Shown in pieces: positions 1 to 9,929 of a DNA stretch of 64,000 bases. The notes under the pieces are model-generated. The model ran no database searches and was not told the origin of the DNA. It saw only the letters and a program-made list of their open reading frames with translations. The stretch lies in assembly GCA_963842525.1 (NCBI GenBank), contig CAWJGT010000009.1, positions 64,001 through 128,000 of the forward strand. Direction: 5' to 3'. Numbering within the stretch: position 1 is the stretch's first letter; the number at the start of each line of letters is the position of its first letter. Both the position numbers and the translations under genes were made by a program. This DNA is from an uncultured Holophagales bacterium. GTDB lineage: Bacteria; Acidobacteriota; Thermoanaerobaculia; Multivoradales; UBA5704.

Positions 1-114
1 TCCTAGGACGAACTCCTCGCCGGCAGAAGTGCGGATAAGGACAGTCTCGGTGCGCGCGATGGCTAGGATGTCCTGGAGTGACGGTGGCGGCGTTGCTATT
101 TCGATGGTTTTCAT
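1..114 (-). CDS. Probable antitoxin (Phd/YefM-like N-terminus), runs off the window start
   Basis: Manual translation MKTIEIATPPPSLQDILAIARTETVLIRTSAGEEFVLG...; ATG overlaps the toxin stop (ATGA). Confidence 0.55.
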   Translation of the reverse strand, partial: MKTIEIATPPPSLQDILAIARTETVLIRTSAGEEFVLG

Positions 115-405
115 ATCTGGAATACCTCTCCACGAATGTAGAGCGTGTTGTGCTCCTTGACGCCTACTGCACCAACTGACACCGTCTGAGCCTCGAGGTC
201 GGGTGCGTAGAAGACGCGGAAGTTGCCGATTCGGAGCTTCCCAGGGGCCAAGTGGATTGGGGTTCAGACGCTTCCGATTGGTGGTTTCGGTCACCGGTTC
301 GTGCGTGAGTTGAAGTCGCACGACGTCAAGGATGAGCTTTTGGTCGGCCTTGCGAAAGTAGCGGACATCCTTGGCCGCGCTGGGAGTGAAGGACACGCGA
401 AACAC
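111..405 (-). CDS. RelE/ParE-family type II toxin with an apparent +1 frameshift near 238
   Basis: Manual translation MFRVSFTPSAAKDVRYFRKADQKLILD...NRKRLNPNPLGPWE / LRIGNFRVFY...VGAVGVKEHNTLYIRGEVFQI; WELRIGxFRVFY is a RelE-like motif. Confidence 0.7.
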
Positions 406-864
406 CAAGTCAGACTAGCACACCCGTCGCTTTCGGTAGCCGCTGGTGCCGAGCAAAGAGGTGTGAAGAGGGAGTGGGTGGCAGCGCACCGCCACCCACG
501 GGGGTGTGCGGCGGATTGGGCCAACGCGAGCAGACCGGCGCTCGCTGCCGGCTACAGCCGCTGCGCGCTCACGGCGCATCCTTGCGAAGCTCCGCGAGCC
601 GGGACTCCTCCTGGAGGTCCCACCGCTCGGCGAGCGCGGGCCTCGTCGTGGGGGACAACCCGAGAACCTCCGTGGTCTTCCCGATAATCCGTTTCATACC
701 CGTCACGGTAGTATTCGGCGCCGCAGCTTGCAAGGACGTGTCGTGTCATGAGATCGATCCTCAGCAGAGACGTGAGAATTTGTACTGCGAAAAGGCCGGT
801 GCTCGTGAGGCGAAAACCCGCGCAGCCATTCGTCGCACAACGTCGCGATCCTCCTGGTAACGGC

Positions 865-969
865 GCAATGACTACACTTAGTGCGACATTGACTCCAGTC
901 AACGTGGCAATGACTCCAGGAAATATAGCATTGCCTCGAGTCAATGCAATATTTCCAGAAGCGACGTGA
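865..969. repeat. Degenerate 21-bp tandem repeat, 4-5 units (GCAATGACT/CATTGAC cores)
   Basis: Units gcaatgactacacttagtgcg, acattgactccagtcaacgtg, gcaatgactccaggaaatata, gcattgcctcgagtcaatgca. Confidence 0.6.
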
Positions 970-1248
970 GAAGCACGCTTGTCTCGGCTTCGGCTCAAGG
1001 AGCTCTTCATCTCAAGGAGAGGAGGCAATGTTGAAAAGGGTAAGCCTGCGTCGCCTCCGCGCCTGCGCATCGCGACGTTTCCCCGACCTTTTATGGCGTT
1101 GGGTTGACATCATATCGAGCTAGGTGCATCAAACGAAGCAATGTGGATCACCTTTGCTACGTTGCGCGGGATTCAGGTAATCCAGACGAGGGGCACAGCT
1201 TTGCGATGCGCGGGAAATGTCGCAATTTGGCTGGACAACGGGAGGGTC

Positions 1249-1277
1249 TGGACGGTTGACGCCTCTTGCGGTACAAT
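1249..1277 (+). promoter_or_regulatory. Putative sigma70 promoter TGGACG-17-TACAAT for the gene at 1403
   Basis: Hexamers with 17-bp spacing; flanked by GCGACAT/ATGTCGC motifs. Confidence 0.4.
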
Positions 1278-1402
1278 CCCTCTGAAGCAAGGCCGCCGCA
1301 AGGAGACATTCAGTCGGGCTCTTGCGACATTATGGAGAGTCGATGGTCCTCGGAGCGGTCTTCGGAAGGAGCCGAGGCATCGCGACATTGGAGGGAGCTG
1401 CT

Positions 1403-1921
1403 ATGGGTTCAGGACGGTCCGTTGAACAGATGCTGGCGCAGTTGGAGACGAAGATCGCGCACCATCGGACGCAGCAGGCGTTCCACATGCAGCAGGAGGC
1501 GCTCCATCGGGAGCAGAAGGCTCTGCATGAGGCCGAGCTCCAGAGCACGCTCGAGCGCTTCGAGGCGTTCCAGGCCGCTGCTGCGGCCGCCGGCGAGATC
1601 CTGGAGCGCGAAAAGGCCGCCGCGGTGCCGGTTCCAGCCCGGGACAGCGATCTCGACCTGGCCAAGGGGTGGCCGGTGTCGCGGATGATGGCGCTGATCC
1701 TGGAGGGCAAAGCGGCGGACGAGGTGTTCGGGGCCTCCTCGATGGTGCAGGAGATCCACAAACGCTGGGGCCAGAAGCTGCGGCGAAAGGTCAGCCCCCG
1801 GAGCGCCTCGGCGACCCTCCGCCGCTGGGCCCAAGCCGGGCGGATCCACATGGTCCGCGACGGCAAGACCAACTACGAATCGCTCTATACCAAGGTCGCA
1901 CGGCCTGCAGGGGAGCGGTAA
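1403..1921 (+). CDS. Hypothetical protein, N-terminal coiled coil plus C-terminal winged-HTH-like domain (paralogue of 44459..44962)
   Basis: GGAGGGAG RBS before ATG 1403; heptad-like His/Gln/Glu-rich N-terminus; C-terminal SPRSASATLRRWAQAGRIHMVRDGK..ESLYTK. Confidence 0.7.
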   Translation: MGSGRSVEQMLAQLETKIAHHRTQQAFHMQQEALHREQKALHEAELQSTLERFEAFQAAAAAAGEILEREKAAAVPVPARDSDLDLAKGWPVSRMMALILEGKAADEVFGASSMVQEIHKRWGQKLRRKVSPRSASATLRRWAQAGRIHMVRDGKTNYESLYTKVARPAGER

Positions 1922-1963
1922 AACTGTTCGGCTACGAAATACCGAACACGGGAAATCACCACG

Positions 1964-2815
1964 ATGACCTTTGAACCACTGATCGCCTTCTTCGCCCTCT
2001 TCGCCGCAAGCCAGCCGCTTGTGGTAACGCTGGCCCCGGATCAGTGCCACTTCTTCGGAGAATTCAACTCCTCGTGGACAGAGTACCTGGGGCTCGATTA
2101 CACGGGTAGGTACGTATCGGTTAACAGCCAGCACCTGTTCGTCGAGGTTCAAGATCAAGGGGCATGGCGGCAACTCCCAACGGGGGTGGTCGAGCTGATC
2201 TCGGACCGACGGCTTCGTGCAGTCGAGGCTCCACCCCTTGAGGTCTTTCTTTGGCATGTATCGCCCGGTGAGCAGACAGTCTATCTGGGTTCCATTTCGT
2301 CGGCGCTGGAGCGCCTTTTGGCCGAACGCAAGCGAGATTCATTCAGCCTGAGAGAGGTCCGCTCCATCTATCGCCGCCCCTCGGTCCTCCCGGGTGAAAC
2401 CATCCCAGCCGTTGATCTCCTGGAAAAATATCCCGATCGTGATCCGCGAATGTCTCGCCGCGACCTCGAGGCGCTGAAGGTCGCTATCGGGAAATATCTC
2501 GCTGCACCAGACCAGAACGTCTTCCGGTTCACTCCTCTCGCCTTTGGCTCCGATACGTTCCTCGAATGGCAGAACACCGGCACGCTCTGGCAACGCGACA
2601 GGTTCCAGCAAATATCCATGCTAAAGGACATGAGGTTCGGCCAGTATCCCGCGATGGTGTTCACTCCCATACCGATTGCTGCATTCGCTGAAGGTGCCGG
2701 CACTACACAGGCTTTCCAGTTCTATCCCGAGATGAACGAACGGCGAGGTCATGATCAACTCCCTCTGGTCGCGCAGGTCACTGCACTGTGTGCAGCCCGT
2801 GGCGAGTCGCCCTGA
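1964..2815 (+). CDS. Hypothetical exported protein
   Basis: 283-aa ORF with hydrophobic N-terminus (LIAFFALFAA); no family recognised. Confidence 0.6.
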   Translation: MTFEPLIAFFALFAASQPLVVTLAPDQCHFFGEFNSSWTEYLGLDYTGRYVSVNSQHLFVEVQDQGAWRQLPTGVVELISDRRLRAVEAPPLEVFLWHVSPGEQTVYLGSISSALERLLAERKRDSFSLREVRSIYRRPSVLPGETIPAVDLLEKYPDRDPRMSRRDLEALKVAIGKYLAAPDQNVFRFTPLAFGSDTFLEWQNTGTLWQRDRFQQISMLKDMRFGQYPAMVFTPIPIAAFAEGAGTTQAFQFYPEMNERRGHDQLPLVAQVTALCAARGESP

Positions 2816-2927
2816 CCAACTCCCGGAGTTGGCGGTTGAGGGGCCAGGGAGCAGATGGGATTGGCGGTGAGGCACGCAAGCGGAGCCTTGTTGTGCTAAG
2901 ATCAAAGCTCCTTCGAAAGGAGATTCC

Positions 2928-3074
2928 ATGAAGCGCAAGACCCATCTGAAGACGGTCGATCCGGCGGTATTGAAGAAGATCCTCGGCGGGATTCGGCCGG
3001 TCGAGGGCAGGGACAGGGACGAGAACGTCACAGTCATCGCTCAGCCTGCCTTTAGTTCTTTCTTTCACTCCTGA
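2928..3074 (+). CDS. 48-aa peptide with double-glycine-type leader; candidate RiPP precursor (absent from ORF track)
   Basis: GAAAGGAGA RBS; extended -10-like TGCTAAGAT upstream; MKRKTHLKTVDPAVLKKILGG-IRPVEGRDRDENVTVIAQPAFSSFFHS. Confidence 0.65.
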   Translation: MKRKTHLKTVDPAVLKKILGGIRPVEGRDRDENVTVIAQPAFSSFFHS

Positions 3075-3095
3075 TTCGATTCCACCGCCCCGCCC

Positions 3096-4349
3096 GTGCT
3101 GCTCTCGGTCTGTCTGATCACGAAGAACGAGGAGCAGTTCCTGGCGGGGTGTCTGGATTCCGTCCGCCCGGTGGCCGACGAGATCGTGCTCGTGGACACG
3201 GGCTCCGTGGACCGCACTGTAGAGATCGCTGGAGAGTACGGGTGCCGCGTCCTGCACCGGCCCTGGGACGACGACTTCTCGGCCGCCCGCAACGCGGGGA
3301 TCGCCGTGGCGCAGGGGAGTTGGATCCTCTGCCTCGACGCTGACGAGAGGCTCTCAGACCCTAGGGCCGTGCGCGATGCGATCCTCGCGGCCCTGCCTGA
3401 AATAGGTGGTTTCCTCATCGAACGCCATGACGTCGTCACAGACCCCGAGGAGGGGCAGACCGACGTCCATCCCATCGGGATCCTCCGGCTGTTCCGGAAC
3501 CACGTGGGAATCCGGTACGAGGGCATCGTCCACGAGCGTCCCAACGACACCGTGATCCGGGCCGGGTTTCAGATCGGCACGCTGGCCACCCTGAAGCTGA
3601 CTCACCTGGTGAACCATCTGCCCCAGGACCGGCTGGAGGCCAAGCAAAGGCGCTACCTTCTCCTCCTGGATCAAGAGCTCGGGAAGGACGCGCGAAACTT
3701 CTGGGCCCGGTATTACCGCGGGAAGACCCTGTGGTTCCTCCGCCGGCTGGAGGAGGCCGGGTCGGAATTCCGCGGCCTGGTGGCCAGCGAGGGATGTCCC
3801 CTTTCCTTGCGGGCATCCGCCTGGTGCATGCTGGCGGCCCTGCTTTCCGAGGAAGGTCTCCGGAGCGATGCCGTGGACTGCGTGCAGGAGAGCCTCGCGC
3901 TCATCCCGGACCAGTCCCTGGCATTCTACGTGCTCGCCGAGATCCTGTACGCGGACGGCCATTTCGCCCATGCCCTGGAGGCCTACCGGCGCGTCCGGCG
4001 CAGCATGGACCCGGAGAGCTCTCTGGGCCAGGTTCTGGGAGATCTGTGCATGACCCGCGAAAAGCGCGCCTACAAGCTCGGCTGCTGCTACCTGGCCCTC
4101 GGCCATCTCGCACCGGCCGAAGCCCAGTTCCGGGAGGGCTTGGACGCGGATGCCAACCACGGCGGCTGTCACTACGGTCTGGCCCGTGTCGCCCTGCTCC
4201 GCGACGACCATGCCGGTGCCATCGAGCGACTGGAAGCCACGTTGAAGAATGACCCCGCTTGGAAGACCCCCCGGGAAGCTCCTGACCAGGCTGAGAGCAG
4301 AGGGTGCGAGGGACCGGTTTGTCTTATCGTCCTCCACCAGTCGCGTTGA
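3096..4349 (+). CDS. GT2 glycosyltransferase with C-terminal TPR repeats (SunS-like architecture); C-terminus may be frameshifted near 4276
   Basis: SVCLITKNEE, VDTGSVD, WDDDFSAARN, LDADE, YEGIVHE motifs followed by TPR-like helices. Confidence 0.9.
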   Translation: MLLSVCLITKNEEQFLAGCLDSVRPVADEIVLVDTGSVDRTVEIAGEYGCRVLHRPWDDDFSAARNAGIAVAQGSWILCLDADERLSDPRAVRDAILAALPEIGGFLIERHDVVTDPEEGQTDVHPIGILRLFRNHVGIRYEGIVHERPNDTVIRAGFQIGTLATLKLTHLVNHLPQDRLEAKQRRYLLLLDQELGKDARNFWARYYRGKTLWFLRRLEEAGSEFRGLVASEGCPLSLRASAWCMLAALLSEEGLRSDAVDCVQESLALIPDQSLAFYVLAEILYADGHFAHALEAYRRVRRSMDPESSLGQVLGDLCMTREKRAYKLGCCYLALGHLAPAEAQFREGLDADANHGGCHYGLARVALLRDDHAGAIERLEATLKNDPAWKTPREAPDQAESRGCEGPVCLIVLHQSR

Positions 4350-4424
4350 CTCTCTCAATGCGAAAGCGTATCATGAGTAGCGAGAACAAGTTACGGGATA
4401 GGATGCGCAGAAAAGGAGCAAAGA

Positions 4425-4796
4425 ATGGAACTGGGCGCGTTTTCAATCAGTTTGGCTGTCAAGGATCTCGAGGCTTCGAGGGCGTTCTACGAGAAGTTCG
4501 GGTTCAAGCCCTTCGCCGGGGATGCCTCGAAAAACTGGCTGATTCTGAAGAACGGCGATCACGTAATCGGGCTTTTTCAAGGGATGTTTGAGAAGAACAT
4601 TCTCACCTTCAATCCCGGCTGGGACAGCAACGCTCAGAAGCTCGACTCTTTCACCGACATCCGCGAGCTGCAGCGCCAGTTGAAGGCGCAGGGCGTGCAG
4701 TTGGAGCAAGAGGCGGACGAGAGCACAACGGGGCCGGCCAGCTTCATCGCTGTGGACCCCGATGGAAATCCGATCCTCGTCGATCAGCATGTTTGA
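4425..4796 (+). CDS. VOC/glyoxalase family protein
   Basis: [19 protein letters not shown] and [12 protein letters not shown] motifs; AAGGAG RBS. Confidence 0.9.
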   Translation: MELGAFSISLAVKDLEASRAFYEKFGFKPFAGDASKNWLILKNGDHVIGLFQGMFEKNILTFNPGWDSNAQKLDSFTDIRELQRQLKAQGVQLEQEADESTTGPASFIAVDPDGNPILVDQHV

Positions 4797-4882
4797 GCGT
4801 CATGTCATTCGTCGACCCATACATCGTGCCGTTGATCCTGCTCGCTGCTGTGGGGTGTGCCGGCTTGTAGGCGCGAAGGGGC

Positions 4883-6232
4883 TCACCCTCTGCGGTTCTT
4901 GAGGATTTTTACGAACGACCGCCCGCGTAGCTCCTCCAGGGTCAGTCCCGAGCGCTCCAATGCCTCCTCCTCGGTGAGGGCGCCGCAGTTGATGGCGCGC
5001 AGGAAGTAGTTGAGGAGACCCTGGCCGGTTGCAGCGTCGTCGAAGACCTCGCCGACGAGGGTGGCCTGGGCGGCTTTCTGGACGAAATTGCGGAGGCGGT
5101 CGGAGGCGGCGTCGAGCCCCTCCAGGAAGAAGGCAAAGAGGGTGGCGTAGCGGGTGACGAGTTGCGCTGGGTGGAGATCCCAGCCCTGGTAGAAGCCGCC
5201 GACCAGGGAGTGCCGGACGTGCTCCGCATGGAGCTTCCAGGCACGGTGGACGACGGCGCGGTTCTCCGCGATCTGGGCCGGGGTGAGCGGCGGGCCGTCC
5301 TGGACGGCGCGGTGCGGCGGCACGGGGAGGACATTGGTGGAGCCATCCGAGATCCAGATCCCGGTGCCGGCGAAGGCGACCTGCATCATGTGCTTGGCGA
5401 AGTCGCAGGCCGGGTGGGTCATGATCTGGTGCTGCGCCGTGATGTTGCAGGAGGCCGTGTAGTCGTAGGTGCCGAAGTGGGCGGCTACGCAGCGGCCCCG
5501 GGCGGCGGCGGCGAGGATCGGCATGGGTGAGCCGCCGCTTTCGTCCAGGATCGCCTGCGGAGTCTCGATCATGATCTCGAGCCGCAGCGAGCCTTTCGAC
5601 AGGCCGAGTGCCGGCTCCAGGAGATCGAAGAGATCGGCCAGGGCTGCAACCTCCTCAGGAATGGTCACCTTGGGAAGGGTGACGACGAAGCCCTCGGGCA
5701 GGCGTCCTCCCGCCTCGCGGACCAGTGTGGTCAGGAAGAGATCGAGCGTGCGCAAGGACCGGGCCCGCAGCTCCTCGGTGAACGGTTTGATGCGGATACC
5801 GACGAAGGCCGGCAGGGTGCCGGCGGTTAAACCCGCGGCCATCTCGCGAGCGGCGGCTTCGGCGTGGCCGTCCTCCTCCGCGTCCGGCCGGTTGCCATAG
5901 CCGTCTTCGAAATCGACCCGGAAGTCCTCGATCGGCTCACGGCGCAGCTTTTCGATCACCCGCGCGTGGATCGTGGGGGCGAGCGCCTCCGGAATGCCTG
6001 CCGCTTCGGCCAGGTCTCCCGGTGTGGGGGCGTATTCCTCCAGGGCGCGCAGGGCGAGCCTGCCCAGCCGGGCGGCGGTGTCGGAGCGGAACAGGTGGGC
6101 GCCACCGTACACGGTGTGGACGGGCTGCCGGTGCCCGGAGTCGCCGGGGTGGAGGCGGTTGAACGAGAGGCTCGCGGCGCTCAGCCGCTCAAAGATCGGG
6201 CGGACCGCATCGGGGGTCAGGGTGGTCGGCAT
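4883..6232 (-). CDS. Malate synthase-like / HpcH-HpaI aldolase-citrate lyase superfamily protein, probably linked to purine catabolism
   Basis: RQPVHTVYGGAHLF, DFRVDFEDGYG, HFGTYDY, QGWDLHPAQL; lies downstream of the xdh genes; start MPTTLTP chosen. Confidence 0.75.
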   Translation of the reverse strand: MPTTLTPDAVRPIFERLSAASLSFNRLHPGDSGHRQPVHTVYGGAHLFRSDTAARLGRLALRALEEYAPTPGDLAEAAGIPEALAPTIHARVIEKLRREPIEDFRVDFEDGYGNRPDAEEDGHAEAAAREMAAGLTAGTLPAFVGIRIKPFTEELRARSLRTLDLFLTTLVREAGGRLPEGFVVTLPKVTIPEEVAALADLFDLLEPALGLSKGSLRLEIMIETPQAILDESGGSPMPILAAAARGRCVAAHFGTYDYTASCNITAQHQIMTHPACDFAKHMMQVAFAGTGIWISDGSTNVLPVPPHRAVQDGPPLTPAQIAENRAVVHRAWKLHAEHVRHSLVGGFYQGWDLHPAQLVTRYATLFAFFLEGLDAASDRLRNFVQKAAQATLVGEVFDDAATGQGLLNYFLRAINCGALTEEEALERSGLTLEELRGRSFVKILKNRRG

Positions 6233-6255
6233 CGTGGTGCTCCTCAGAAAAAGAA

Positions 6256-6310
6256 CCTCACCCCCTGGCCCCCTCTCCCATCGCACTCCCCCCGACCGGG
6301 AGAGGGGGAA
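6256..6310. repeat. REP-like palindromic element (CCCCTCTCCC...GGGAGAGGGG), intergenic copy
   Basis: cctcaccccctggccccctctccc...gggagagggggaa; related copies elsewhere in the window. Confidence 0.75.
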
Positions 6311-6323
6311 CGCAGGCGTCGCC

Positions 6324-7166
6324 TCAGTGCCCGATCCCCAGGACCATTCGGCGCACGACACGCTCCAAGGCGAAGCGGCGGTAGTCCGCGGTGGAGCGGA
6401 CGTCGTCGATCGGGGTGACCTCGCGGGCCGCCTCCCGGCCGGCGATGTCGGCTGCCTCGGGACCCGCCTCCAATCCCCGCACCGCTTCTTCGGCGGTTTT
6501 CAGACGGACAGGCGTTGCGGCCACGCTCCCGGCGGCGAGGCGCAGCTCGGCGATCCTCCCTCCGTCCAGCCGGCCGGCCAGGGCGACGACGACCTTGCTG
6601 ATCGCCTGGGCTTCGCGGGTGCCCACCTTGCGGAACGCCTGGAACGAGCCTTCCGGCGGACGAGGAAGGCGGACCCGGACGACGATCTCCCCGGGTTGCA
6701 GCGCAGTCTTGCGATAGCCCGTATGGAAGCCGGCGTAGGGGATCTCCCGCAGGCCCTGCGGACTGGCCGCCACGATCACGGCGTCCAGGGCAAGAAGGAC
6801 AGGAAGCGAGTCGCCGGCCGGGCTGGCGTTCGCGATGTTGCCTCCCAGGGTGGCCCGGTTCTGGATCTGCCAACCGCCGATCCGCGAGGCAGCCTCGGCA
6901 AGCGTCGGGAACGCGGCGCGGACGGCCGGATCGCGGCGGATCTCGGTGAAGGTCGCCGTGGCGCCGATCTCGATCGCGCCGTCGACCTCGCGAATGCCGC
7001 GCAGCTCGGGGATGCCAAGGAGGTCGAGGACCCTGTCCATGCTGTGGAGCGCTTCGGGACCGCGCACCATCAGGTCCGTGCAGCCGGCCGTGGGGACCAG
7101 GGACGGGTCCTCCTCCAGATGGCGGACCGCCTCGTCGAGCGATTGCGGACGGAGCGCGATAGTCAC
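6324..7166 (-). CDS. Xanthine dehydrogenase family FAD-binding subunit (PucC/CoxM-like)
   Basis: AGCTDL, QIQNRATLGGNIANASPAGD, PIDDVRSTADYRR. Confidence 0.92.
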   Translation of the reverse strand: MTIALRPQSLDEAVRHLEEDPSLVPTAGCTDLMVRGPEALHSMDRVLDLLGIPELRGIREVDGAIEIGATATFTEIRRDPAVRAAFPTLAEAASRIGGWQIQNRATLGGNIANASPAGDSLPVLLALDAVIVAASPQGLREIPYAGFHTGYRKTALQPGEIVVRVRLPRPPEGSFQAFRKVGTREAQAISKVVVALAGRLDGGRIAELRLAAGSVAATPVRLKTAEEAVRGLEAGPEAADIAGREAAREVTPIDDVRSTADYRRFALERVVRRMVLGIGH

Positions 7167-7181
7167 CAGGTCACCACCGGG

Positions 7182-7634
7182 TCAACGCTCCGGCTCCGGA
7201 GAGAACGCCCGCAGGATGCCTTCGTAGCCTGTGCAGCGGCAGAGATTGCCGGCCAGCGCCTCCCGGATCTCCTCGCGGCCCGGCTCCGGGCTGTGCTGGA
7301 GGAGCGCCCAGGCGGTGACGACGATCCCGGGCGTGCAGGCGCCGCACTGGACGCCGCCGGTGGCGACGAACCGCTCCAGGAATTCGCGCGCCGGACCCTC
7401 GGCGATCCCCTCGACCGTCTCGATCCGCCGCCCTTCGCACTGGAAGAGGGGGACGAGGCAGGAGAGGACCGGCTCCCCGTCCAGCAGCACCGTGCAGGCG
7501 CCGCATTCTCCTTCGCCGCACCCTTCCTTGGTGCCGGTCAGCCCGAGCCCCTCGCGGACCACGTCGAGCAGGCGCTCCATGGGATGGCCGTCGATCTCGG
7601 CGGGATGGCCGTTGAGGGTGAAGGAAGCCTTCAT
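7182..7634 (-). CDS. Xanthine dehydrogenase family 2Fe-2S subunit (PucE/CoxS-like)
   Basis: GTKEGCGEGECGACTV, QCGACTPG, GNLCRCTGY. Confidence 0.95.
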   Translation of the reverse strand: MKASFTLNGHPAEIDGHPMERLLDVVREGLGLTGTKEGCGEGECGACTVLLDGEPVLSCLVPLFQCEGRRIETVEGIAEGPAREFLERFVATGGVQCGACTPGIVVTAWALLQHSPEPGREEIREALAGNLCRCTGYEGILRAFSPEPER

Positions 7635-9887
7635 GAGGTACCTCCGAGGGTGAGGGCCAACAGGCGTTCCGGTGTGGCCGGGGTCTCGTTCGCCGGCAGC
7701 CCCGTGGCGTTCTCGATCGCCTGCAGGGTTGCCGGAGCGCCGCCGTCCATCGGCAGCTCGCCGACACCCTTGGCGCCGAACGGACCGCCCTCCCAGGATC
7801 GCTCCAGCAGATGGACGTCGATGCGCGGGCTGTCGCGGATCGTCGGGATGATGTAGGTGGCAAGCCGGTCGTTGAGATAGCGGCCGTCCTGGAGCTTCAC
7901 CTCTTCCATCAGGGCCCAGCCGAGGGCCTGCAGGGTGCCGCCCTCGATCTGGCCGGCGCAGAGGGTCGGGTGGATCGCCTTGCCGACCTCACAGACCGCG
8001 GTCGCGTGCACGGCGCGTACGGAGAGGGTGTCGGGGTCGACCTCCACCTCGACGACATCCGCGCCCCAGGCATAGGTGGGGTAGGCGGCTCCGCGGTAGG
8101 TGGACTCGTCGAAGGTCTGCCAGTCCGGCGGCTCGTGGCGCGCCGTGACCTCGACCGGACCGACCTCCTGCCGGTACGCCTTGGCCGCGTCGCGGAAAAG
8201 CTCGATCGGTCCATCAGGGCCGACGATCCAGCCGTCCCTCACCCCTGACCCCTCTCCCGCAGGAGCGGGAGAGGGGAAGCGCCAGGCGAGCACGCGGTTG
8301 CTCAGCTCGGCCACGGCGCGGGCGATGGCGCCGCCAACAATCATCGTGGTGCGCGAGGCGACCGTGGGGCCGGAATCGGGGACCTCGCCCGTATCCGGCT
8401 CGGCGAAGACGAGGTCCTCGGGCCGGACCCCGGCGGCCTCGGCCGCGATCTGGGGGAAAACGACGGCGCACCCCTGGCCCATGTCGGTCATGGCCGTGAG
8501 CACCTCGATCCGGCCGTCCTCCAGGAGACGGGCCGCGACCGGGGACCGCATCTTGCGCTCGCCGTTGCCGGTGAAGCCGGCGCCGTGGAAGTAGAGAGAC
8601 AGGCCGATGCCATGCCGGAGCTCGCCCGTCTCCGGCCTGTTTCCTGGCCTCCTCGTGGGCCTTCCAGCGGGCGCGGAAACCGGTCCGCCGCTCCGCCTCT
8701 TCCAGGCAGAGGCGAGCCGAGGTGCTGGGATCGAGCACCTGGCCGGTGGGCAGCCGGTCTCCCGGCTCGACGACGTTGCGGGCGCGGATCTCGAACGGAT
8801 CGAGCCCGAGATCGCGGGCGATGCGGTCCATCTGGCGCTCGATCGCGAATTCCACTTGCGGCGCGCCGAACCCCCGGAAGGCGCTGTTCGGCGCCGTGTG
8901 CGTGCGGAGCACCCGGCCACGGATGCGGGTTGCCGGCCAGCGGTAGGGGCCGAAGGAGTGGAGGATGGCCCGCGAGAGCACCACCGGCGACAGCGTCGAA
9001 TAGGCGCCGCCGTCGAAGAGGATCTCGGCGTCCATGGCCAGCAGGCGGCCGTCCCGGCCGACCCCGGTCCGGTGGCGGATGACGGCCGGGTGGCGCTTGG
9101 AGGTAGCGACGATGTCCTCGTGCCGGTCGTAGACGATCTTCACCGGCCGGCCGCAGGCGCGGGCGAGCAGCACGGCATGGAGAGCGATCGCGCTGGGAAA
9201 GTCCTCCTTGCCGCCGAAGCCGCCGCCCACCACCGAGGCGCGGACCCGCACCCGGTCCTCGGGCATTCGGAGCGCGTGGACCATGGCCTTGTGAACGTAG
9301 TAGGGGCACTGCATGGAGCCGAGGACGTGCACCGTCTCATCCTCGAACCAGGCAATCATCCCCTGGCACTCGATGTAGATGTGCTCCTGGTATCCGGTCC
9401 GGTACTCCCCCTCGATCACCCGGTCCGCGCCGGCCAGGGCGTCTTCGACGTCGCCGTCCTCCAGGCGCAGCTCGTAGAGCGGCGGCAGCTTTTCCGCGTC
9501 CTCGAGGGTCAGGACTGGATCGAGCGGCTCGTAGTCGACCTGGAACGCCGCCAGCGCCTGCCGCGCCGCGAGCCGCGTGGGCGCCGCCACCAGGGCGACC
9601 GGCTCGCCGACATGGAGGACGGTACCGTCGGCAAGGATCGGCCAGCCGTCATCCAGGAGCTGGATGCCGTTCGGACCTGGAAGGTCCGCGGCGGTCACGC
9701 AGACCGCGCCCGCGGGAGCGAGGGCCGGATCGAAACGGAGCGAACGGATGCGGGCGTGCGGATGCGGGCTGCGGAGCGTGGCGCCATGCCACATCTCCGG
9801 CAGGGAGACGTCGTCGACATAGCGCGCCGCTCCCGAGACCTTGGCGAAGCCGTCAGGGCGGGGAGGGCTCTGTCCGATGCCGCTCAT
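7631..9887 (-). CDS. Xanthine dehydrogenase family molybdopterin-binding subunit (PucD-like), split by a frameshift near 8625
   Basis: N-part (GGGFGGKED, AFRGFGAPQ) and C-part (DMGQG, DSGPTVASR, GQIEGG, GAKGVGE) lie in two overlapping frames. Confidence 0.9.
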
Positions 9888-9929
9888 GCGCCCGGAGTCT
9901 TGCGCAAGGTGGGTATGTCGCGCAAGGGC

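Noticed and set aside
223-1425. Short overlapping ORFs in the track between the TA pair and the gene at 1403
   Set aside because: No RBS or family motifs, and they overlap the repeat and promoter tract; treated as non-coding
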